DNA of 64,000 bases from Octopus bimaculoides. Its lineage: Eukaryota. The translations under genes and the position numbers were made by a program. Shown one piece after another: positions 54,328 to 64,000 of this stretch (position 1 is the first letter of the stretch; each line of letters starts with the position of its first letter). Location of the stretch: assembly GCF_001194135.2 (NCBI RefSeq), contig NC_068984.1:55061908-55125907 (forward strand). Direction: 5' to 3'. A model generated the notes under the pieces. The model was not told the DNA's origin and did not search any database. It saw only the letters and a program-made list of their open reading frames with translations.

Positions 54328-55065
54328 GTGTGTGTGTGTGTGTGTGTATGCACACATATATATATATATATATATGTGTGTGTATGTACATACATATATA
54401 CATACACATGCACACACGCACACACACATATACACACACGTATATTAATGTAAACAGGATTTAAATGTGTGCTACTCTAAGCCTCTTGCTCTGATGATAC
54501 AGTAGTCGGGCGAGCATCTATTGCGTGCAGCGTATTATACAGAGTAATATCTAGTATTCTTTTCAGCTTCAAATTTCGAAGGCTAGTACACGGCACACCA
54601 AGGAAACTCGTCTGACTATAAATCTTTTATGGTGAATAAAATATCACAGAAATGTATCATATCACATAAGCTATCACACAAAAAATATACGTTAGTCCAT
54701 TTATACGAGACAGATAAATAGATAATTGAAACTGATATAATGAGATATGAGTTAACTTTCTTCTATATATATAGTGGTAAATCTCATATATGTACTTGCA
54801 TCACAAATCGATAAATTAAATCTACAAATCACATGTTTTCTAAATCAATCACAGACGTGTTCAATAAAATTATATTCATTTGGAGATTGCGAAAATAATC
54901 GCTCCTAGCAAATGTTTTGTCTTGACCTTAATCAGTTGGGGAGGGCGGTATGTGGGGGGAATGTGTGGGGGTTTATGTGCGGGGGGTATGGTTCTGTCAA
55001 CATATACATATATACGTCCCCCCACCATAAATATATTATTTTATTCATTCAAAATATAATATAGA

Positions 55066-55554
55066 GTTAAGTAACAAACCGATTATATAACTTTACGCTC
55101 ATTTGGAGTTAGCTGATATGGAGGGGAATATGGAGACTGCTCTCTATTGTCGGTGGTGGTTAGAACAACCGGTGAGCGGTTGCTGTGAAAAAAATGGTGG
55201 AACGAAAAACAGACCAACGAACTCAGCTATATATACCTACACACCCCAGAAAAAAATTATACATATGATACTGCTACACACACCACAGACCCCATCCTCA
55301 CATGACAATCACATTAATAATACACACTTTCCCCACTTCAACATAACTCTTGCCGGTTTCACAGCATGTCCAACCAAGGGACATAACTCCTAAAGTGATC
55401 CCCTGGCTCCTTTTTGGTTCCACCACGTTTTTCACAGTAACCGCCGACCGGTTGTGCTAATCGACCTCCGACAATAGAGAGCAGTTGCCATATTCCCTTC
55501 CATATCGGCTAACTCTGATGAGCGTAGAGTTATATAATCCAATTGTTACCTAAC
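55066..55554. mobile_element. Penelope-like/retrozyme-like repeat present as two inverted 144-bp copies (inverted pLTR-type arrangement)
   Basis: 55066-55209 is about 85% identical to the reverse complement of 55411-55554, with a 201-bp spacer. The right copy continues into a hammerhead ribozyme. Confidence 0.65.
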
Positions 55555-55599
55555 ACCCCATTGTATTCTTTACGCGAAACCGAATGGTAAGATCAGCCG
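55506..55599 (+). ncRNA. Type I hammerhead ribozyme
   Basis: Stem I 5' CGGCUAACU (55506-55514); core CUGAUGA (55515-55521); stem II GCGUAGAG/CUUUACGC (55522-55529/55568-55575, with G10.1-C11.1); GAAA (55576-55579); stem III ACC-gaau-GGU; cleavage triplet GUA (cut after 55589); stem I 3' AGAUCAGCCG (55590-55599). Confidence 0.8.
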
Positions 55600-55629
55600 T
55601 GATGGATATTTAATAGTATGCATTTCGGA

Positions 55630-55669
<40 letters not shown>

Positions 55670-56179
55670 CCATAAGCATTGTTAGACCACACTATGTATT
55701 TTTAGTGTTTATATATACATACATATGTATGAGAGTTTATGCATGTATGTATGTGTATACATATATAACTATATACACACACACACAAACACACACACAC
55801 ACGCCAGGAATATATCTTGTGGAGGTGCAACAATGCTTTCTGCTATCACAGCAGTTGTAAATTTGCATGATTCCTTCACCGCTATTTTACAGTGGTCTCT
55901 ACATAATATGAGAGGAGGCGGCATAACATTCTTGCTTTTGACGTACCGAGGTACTTTAACTTTTCAGTACATTCAAATCGATCGACACTTGACATCAGCA
56001 TCATGGTAATTACCTAATTTAAATATAGTAAAATTCAAATGGCTGGTTGGCCATTATATCGAATTTTATGTTCATACATCTTTTCTCCAATTCCTAGCCA
56101 TATCGTATTCTTGTGCTTTTCAGATTTAGTCTTAAGCTCTTCTCTTTTGGTATTTGTCTGAAATATGTATCATTGTTAA

Positions 56180-56395
56180 CCGGCGATCTAGCAGAATCGC
56201 TAGCGCACCGGATCAAATTCTTAGCGGCATTTCGTTCGCCTTTCCGTTCTAAGTTCAAATTCCACCGAGGTTAACTTTGCCTTTCATCCTTTCTGAGTAG
56301 ATGAAACAAATACCAGTAGAGCGTTGCGGGCCGATGTAATCGACTTATTTCCTTCCCAGAACTTGCTGGCCTAATACCAAAATTTGAAATCAATA
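56180..56395 (+). mobile_element. tRNA-derived SINE (same family as 5455)
   Basis: ggcgatctagcagaatcgctagcgcaccgg..ttctaagttcaaattccaccgaggttaactttgcctttcatcctttc..gatgtaatcgactta..aatttgaaatcaat. Confidence 0.85.
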
Positions 56396-59300
56396 TGTTT
56401 TCCGATTTTTCGGGAATAGTATTACTGATAAAATAGGGAGCCTCTATCGATGTTATGCAATGAAGTGTGAACTCAAGTGTCGATTTTTAAAACCAATGAA
56501 GTAGATTATATTTGTAATATATTCCGATTCCTGCTAATTGATTTCTATTTAGGTTCATCTAAGATGTTTTTAAATTTTTCAAACCGGCAGTAGATGGAAA
56601 AAGAAAATAAGAAGTATATCTATATATTTTTGTACTTTCAGAAAACACATGTATTACATATGCTCATTTTATATACATTAATGAATTGGCTTAACGTTTC
56701 AGTATATTTTACTTCAAAGATCATCTTTATAAATTCAAAGTAAAGATTTGACATACTAATATATAAACATGGATGTGTATTTCACTTCGAACTTTTATGA
56801 AAAGTAAGCAAACTTTATAGTAAATTTCAAATATACGTTGTAAATTAATTTGTCATTGAAAATATATATTGAAAGGTGAGGTAAATATATTTGCGCGCTG
56901 TGAAAAGCAATATATATTTTTTAACCACACCCACACGGGAATAACTGGGAAGTAGCGAGGTGTGAATTGGTGGGTGGTATATTATGTAAATACGAATAGA
57001 ATAATTTCCTTGAGCCTCTACGTATCCCATTTTTATTTTCCTATCTGTTTCATGTCATCTATGAAATGTACTACTAAGATTTATAAGGACGTTCGCTAAT
57101 CTAGATTTAGATTTATTTTTATTACTTGCGATGTAAAATGGTACTCAACACTTCCCTTTCTGGGGGATTAAATTACTTACGATCTGCAATGAATTGTTTA
57201 GTCTTCATAATTCTGTGTATATGAATGACAGAATTTTCCTGCCACAATCTTTACTTTCATATTATTCTGTTCGATAACCACTATACTTCAAAAAACCCAC
57301 AACAGCAAATAACATCAATAAACAGTTGAATGTTATATTTCTCTCTTTGATACAAGAATGGATAAATGAAATGACTCAAAGAAATGTAATTTGAAATGGA
57401 CTGATAGCCTATGTCGGTTGAAGAAAACGAAGATTTATTTCTAATGTATACGGAAACAATTCATTTTACCATTAGAAAGTAGTATTTCACTTATTTCGTC
57501 GTTTTTTCTTTTCTTTTTTACAATAATTCAAAAATAAACCCGATGAGTGAAAATATTATGTATATTGTCTAATGCTAAAATTATACAAAATGGAAGTCAT
57601 TCATTACAATTTCGGTCTAATATAAATAGTGGAAGATGGGCAGTGTTTGTAACATTATACATTTCAGCTAACTTTTGAGGTCTGGTGTAAAGAATACATA
57701 AACTTAAAAATTTTAATTTAGAATATTCATAGTAGTGACAGCTTGTTGTGTACGTATTTGCCACAGATATCGACATCAGTAACTGAATGAGATTGATGAT
57801 AGTATATTTGCATTCATTATAATCCTTATATTCTCCAAAATCTCTTTGCTTACGAAATGCTCTAATCTTATGTTTAGATATTGCTTTGAATATTTCTGGA
57901 TAGCCTTCTTAATACATTACTTTAAAAGCCATTCATCCTGTTGTATGAGCCAACATATCCATATAAAGAAAGAGGATACATTAAAGAACACAAAGCTACG
58001 GGCAAGTACATCTTTAGATTTTTATTTTTTAAGTAAACCATACTTTTTATGTCAAAAAGCACATTTTATTTTGCTAAGTTTAAAATTGATTTTCGATATT
58101 AGGCCACAGAAGATTTATTTTTTACTCAAAAGTAATTTCCCCATAGCAGACTACTTTTTATCTGCAATGAGTTTTCAATTGTAATTTACTTGGAAAGTAA
58201 CAATAATTTATTCATTTTCAATTTTATATTTCTTTATACCGTTATGAGTTGTTTACTTAAATACAAACTTTTTTATCAATGCAGTGTGACATACACCGGT
58301 AGCAATACATAAGTATAAATACAAAAGTAAAAATATTCAAGTAATGATATCTCGTGCATTTCTGAATCATGGTACTTTTTATATTTTGCTAATGAGTGTT
58401 ATTGTCACAGGTATCTGCTAATATAACAAGTATTTAACTAAGAGAAAACCAATTTAACATTACAAATAATTAAGATTGTATAAAAAAAAAATTTAATTAG
58501 AAATATCCTAGTTTGTTTTGCGTGGCCTTCAGATAGTGATCAAGGATTCATATTGATTTAGTAATCATTATAGTTCTCTTCGTATGTGGTATATGAATAT
58601 TGTATTTAGCATGAGCTCATTAATTTCGATATTTAATATGTTATCAATCAATATATTCAGGAAAATTTTGTTCGAGAGTGAGCACAACTTCACAAACATG
58701 AGACAAGACGCAGGATTGAGTCTATAAGCAGAGAATAAGTGGGAAAATATTAGCCATTAAACTGATTCAAAGACAGTAGTGTCAGTAAAATTAGTAGAAA
58801 AGCGAAGATGTGCGTTTCTCTTCGTATCCTTTTAATCATTTTATGAATGCTGAATAATGGTGGGCAGAATCGATAGAGCATTGGTCGAAATTTCTCATCG
58901 TATTTGGCTAGATATCTTTATTTTCTGAGTCTCACCCATACCCAGTTTGCCTAAACTCAATAAAATAAATAACATTCAACACAATGACTTGTGGTGTTTG
59001 CATAATCCAGTTAGCATAGAAAGCAGTGGCACAGCATGGTCATCTGTTTAAAGACCAACCCAGTAATTAAAGTAAGGAAACATAAACTAACCCTTAGTTC
59101 GTGATCTAGAAGATCTATCTGAATATCGATTACTCCCTTTAAAGAATGTGCGAGAGAAATTTATTAGAACATTATTAAATATATTCTCTCAAGAAGGAAC
59201 AAAATCCAAGCAACTCTGCTGGAATAAGGTAAATGTGTAAGTTACAATGTGTAATGTTTTAAGTATCTAAGACTCTATAAAGCTAAATATGTGTGCTTCC

Positions 59301-62300
59301 TTATTTGTTACTTTACTGGGTATGTTAAGTTATTTTCTTGTCAGAATGCATAATACTTACATTCAAGTAATATTTTCTTTTTCGAGATTAACTAACTGTA
59401 TTTGCAAGAAATGTCTTAATGAAAGTCAAATCTTGAAAGAAATGTAACAATCATGTTAGCGGATAAAATATAAATCAATGAAGCCAAATGAAAATGGAAG
59501 ATTTGTCTGTTGTCTGTTTCAGAGCAACTCGCAATAAGCTCATACGTATGTTGCGATTCCACAGACGTTATGCATACATTTTACGAAGTAACATAGTCGA
59601 CTGGTTAGGGATGTTAGTCTAGCAATAATGTGGGTAAGGGTTTTAAACTAACTCTACATAACCTTGGGTATGTATCTTGTACTCTACAGATATCGGTCGA
59701 AACCGTTTAAATCAAATTGAGCAAGTAGGATCCGTTTGGAAGATACCCCATTTAAATGTGGAGCTCATTCCTTTAGCACCACTACCACACACTTGAGTGC
59801 TTTTTCAATAATCCATACTGTTGCAAGAGTTAACACCCAATCGTCTCACTTTGTTTCCTACGATAGCTTTCTCCTGAGTCACAATTTCTTTCTTTCCTTT
59901 ATTTCTACTAATCGTGAATGCTCCGTAAAGCGTTCATCGCACAGAATATATGCATTATTATATAACATCTATGTTTTCGAAATAAGCTGAAGATTATTGA
60001 ATAGTCTGTAGACAAAACTCCGCAGTATTTATCGAATAAGTTATTATTGAAATATACTGGGACGTATACCATTTTAATTAACTGTTCATGCTGACCCCAA
60101 CTAGCGTGATTATTGAACAAAAGTATAAACTAAGTATTACAACCAGGACCAACCCATCTCTTTGTTTATATAGAGTATTAGATGTGTCTTTTCATTTGTT
60201 TTTCTGTTATGTAAAAAAAAAACTGCTGCTTAAAAGATCTGTCTTTGGCTCATTTAATTACCTGTAATTTTCTTGTTTCTAAATATGATGAGAAACATTA
60301 TTTTATCAATTTAACAACCAGCTTTTATCGTAGAATCTTAAGATACAGGCTCGTCAACAGATTATTTCCATTTCCTATAGTAGCTAGTGGTAACGCCACG
60401 GCTGCAGACAAAACTACAATTATAAATATTATAACTACTTTTGCAATATCTAACGTATATTTGTTGTAAAGTCTACTCATCATATAGATTGTTTTAATGA
60501 GAGACAAAAGGTGAACATGTTATTGATAATGATAGGTGTGCTTGTATTGTTAGTGAAAGAGACGAATCTGGGAAAAAAGAAGGTGGGTTTATTAATGAAT
60601 ATAAGTGTAGACGTTGTTGTATAACTTCACTTGATCTGAATACGTTAGACCTACGATCTAAGGAACTTATATTTTGCATAGTATACCGCGACGTGTATTA
60701 TCCAATGTTTCTTTGTACCCTTTTCAATAGTAAAATATGTGATTTGTGGGAGAATCTGTAACTATTTCTAGCAGGCTATGAGCGTGATCGTATATAAGTT
60801 TAATTATGTCGTACTTCTTTTAATCTAAAATTATAAATGTTAATGTAGTTACGTTGCTGATTGCAACATGCGATTTATGATAATCGTTACCTTTTTTTTT
60901 TTTCCTTCTGTAGCTGAAAGCATGTAAGAGCGCATGTATGAGTGATATCTGAAAAAACATTTCTATTGTATTTTTCATAAAGTAAAAATAATAACCAGAA
61001 TTGATTATCTTTTTTTCATGTCTAACGATGGATGACAGCGTTTATTTACTATTGGAAAACAAAAGGGGATTCATACTGATTATTTTATTTCACTCGACTC
61101 TATGTTCGGAAGGTTATACTATTTGCGATACTGTAAATTGAATATGAGAGCATTAATAGGCATTTTTCATTTGTCAGTTGCTTGTCAAATAATTCCAATG
61201 TTCATTGCAGTTCGCTATTTTGATGATGTATCACTGAACTTTTGTTAACTAGTTATAAAATGTAATAGCTTTAAGCTAAAGTAATGTCATTTCACCAAAT
61301 CAAAACTTATGAGATAATTATAGTAGTTCGGTAAGTTAATTTATAATCCAACGATTACATTTTTTGCTTATTTCAATTCGATTATTTGTACATTAAAGGA
61401 AATATGTTAAAAATCTAGAATGAGTCATTGGTATACATTTAGTGAATAAAGAGAAGTATTTCTAGCAATATAATTAAATACTTTATGTTCATTGAATTTC
61501 GAAGTTATGAAGCCATACAATATGCCTTTTATTTAAACCAATAAAAACTATAAAAATGTTTCATTAATACCATTAGGATATTGATGTTGTATTGATTCGA
61601 TATTTAGGACGAAGTAAAAACAAATAGGTAAAATAAAAGGAAAAGATGCCAGATTGTAAGAAATATGTCCATATTTTTCCTTTGAATTACCTTGTGCAAT
61701 TGTTAAAGCTATGATATTGATCACTACTAATGATAAGGTTTATAAATGATATATGTACATCAAAATGCGTTTGAATGTTTCAATAGAATGGCACGATCTC
61801 AAAATTATTTTAGGAACATTAATGATAAGCTTGAATCTATATCAAATAAGAATAGAATAGGGATGAATTTAAAACACTCAGAAATGTAATGGAAATATTT
61901 TATTATAGAATTATTTAAAATATATATATAATTTCAATATAACCAGTCTTTTATGTTGATATTGACAACTGATAAAATCGAAAAATCGAAAATTTGAATT
62001 TTCTTTTTCTAAAATATATATATTTTTTAGATATAACAGAATGCTCATGTTTCTACATATTAATTTGAAACCGTATATTTTTGATTTTAACGACACATGT
62101 AGAATCCTCCGGAATTATTTAGATCTTTTCGGCTTTTAAATGAGACAAATCTACCCTTAAGTGCTATCAATAAGATAATGAAGCGCCACAATTGTCAAAT
62201 GAGAAAACTATCTGAATATCAAAGGAATATTAACTGGCAATATAAAAGTGAAAAGAATGACTATGTTACACAAAGAATTCATAAGAAAGTAATTGATGCT

Positions 62301-63218
62301 ATACTTATTCAACAGAATTCGTTATAGGAATGGAAACACCAAGTCATATTGAAGGATAATTAAAGTACAGAACATCTATGCATGTATTATAGTCACAAAA
62401 AATTCAGTATCTCTGAAACACTCACATACGTTCAGGAGTTTAAGTTTCATGTACCTGACGCCGTTAATCTATTAACAACTTAACATAACAGGGAGAAGGT
62501 TATGCATTACATATAAATTGCGTATAGCATATATAATTCATAGAACTGAGTGCATGACATTGGAAAGGTTGTTTCTGTTTTTTGTTTTTTTTTTATTCAT
62601 TTCAATTCGGATCCCTAAAAGAAAATATTAATCAGGCCTTTGAAAGAACACCGAGTAGAATCTAACGACGTTTTGTGACTCGTCAGCGAATTTATAGTGT
62701 TATAATTCTTTGTGGTATTTGTTCTGTTATGAAGGAGAAAATAAAGTCCCAGCTACTATGACCGTAAGCTGCACAATATTACTGTAGAGCTGTGTTGCTT
62801 TCAGGAGGCCGCGTTGTGCGACAGTTTTAGTACATTGCTTTCTGAATTCAGTTTCTGCCGAAGCAAAGTTTTCCTGTAATCCTATCGAAATCAATAAAAT
62901 GCGTATTAGAACATCATTTTGTGCAGGAAAAACAGTAAAAACATCGTACGGAATTGCTTGCATTTCGTTTTAAGTTCAAATCGTGCCTAATGGTGGCTTA
63001 TTTGATCCGTCTCGATTGACACCTTGCAGATTTCAAGCTGTTGCCAGTATTCAGGTCCAGTAAACAGTGAGGCAACAAATACTGTTCTCCTATTCATTAG
63101 TCTTAGAGACCATTAAAAAGGCTATATGCAGAGTCGTTTCCCTTGACTAAGCGATAAAATTTATTTTGCCTACGGAGGTTGAACGCAATATGACCCAATA
63201 TATATATATATATATATA

Positions 63219-63507
63219 CTGTTGTGTCTGGAGAGAGTCATTCTCTTTTAGCGCGTTATAATTTAATACACTCACCTGTAAAGTTTCCACTCATTTCCTT
63301 TTTTATTTTTCTAAAATTTTCGTTACGCCTTACAGCCTTTTCAATAGATGTTGACTCATCTATCGACTGTAGACTCAACTATTGAAAAGGTTACAAGACG
63401 CAACGAAAGTTTTCCAAAAATAAAGAAAGAAATGAGTGGAAATTTTACTGGTGAGTGTCTTAAATTATAAGGCACTAAAAGAGAATGACTCTTCCGAGGC
63501 ACAACAG
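63219..63507. mobile_element. 289-bp palindromic (fold-back) repeat element next to a (TA)n tract
   Basis: Arms 63219-63347 and 63379-63507 align without gaps as reverse complements, 19 mismatches in 129 bp; 31-nt spacer. Confidence 0.85.
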
Positions 63508-63562
63508 AATATGCTTCAACACACGAACTGACATAAAGAACCTTGCAAACCAAATCCCAAAA

Positions 63563-63623
<61 letters not shown>

Positions 63624-63952
63624 AACTGACACACACATATATACATAAATATACACACACATCCATCCATACATACATACATACACACACACACACGTAC
63701 ATACATACATACATACAATCCAGGAACAGGAAATATCAACCAAATGTCTGATGCACAAAAGGGATAAAGATATCGGAAAAGTATTAAAATGGGACAACCG
63801 TGGGGTTAACACCGAAGATAATACCAACTTCACAAGCAGTTGTCCGAAAATGTCAGCACCCTGTTGTACAACGAATAACGTTGGTGCCAGGAACCATGTA
63901 CGTATGGGATTGTCTGTGTATACATATATGTATGTGTGTGCGTATGTGTGAG

Positions 63953-64000
<48 letters not shown>

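Noticed and set aside
62660-62690. Minus-strand CTGACGAGTC...AAAACGTCGT hammerhead-like motif
   Set aside because: Stem II cannot close, G12 is missing and stem I does not pair.
11-63951. Long ORF-track entries as genes (e.g. 32846-33937, 20554-20994, 28680-29070, 63356-63833)
   Set aside because: They run through N-gaps or microsatellites (YIYI, HTHT, poly-S/G/L/P) or are antisense to TE fragments; none shows a recognisable host protein domain.

Overview
AT-rich, microsatellite-dense animal genomic DNA from a gapped draft assembly (N-runs at 71-489, 7532-7579, 20610-20927, 33076-33883, 47161-47332). The SINE families and repeat landscape look like those I know from Octopus/cephalopod genomes; that assignment is an inference, not a search result. 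No intact protein-coding ORF is visible: the ORF-track entries are N-gap or microsatellite artefacts, antisense frames, or broken transposon frames. The window is intronic/intergenic and holds many tRNA-derived SINEs, decayed LINEs (RTE, CR1/Jockey-group, R4/Dong-like, L1/Tx1-like ORF1), two mariner derivatives and a Tigger-type MITE. A few low-confidence minus-strand exon candidates may belong to a host gene. The best find is a type I hammerhead ribozyme with a complete catalytic core at 55506-55599 (+). It sits in a Penelope/retrozyme-like repeat whose inverted, truncated copy is antisense to the ribozyme's 5' half. The window also has several other fold-back structures: a perfect 66-bp inverted repeat, a pre-miRNA-like hairpin, a mariner made of two 5' ends, an inverted LINE-fragment pair, a divergent SINE array and a 289-bp palindrome. 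All identities were estimated by eye and no database was searched.
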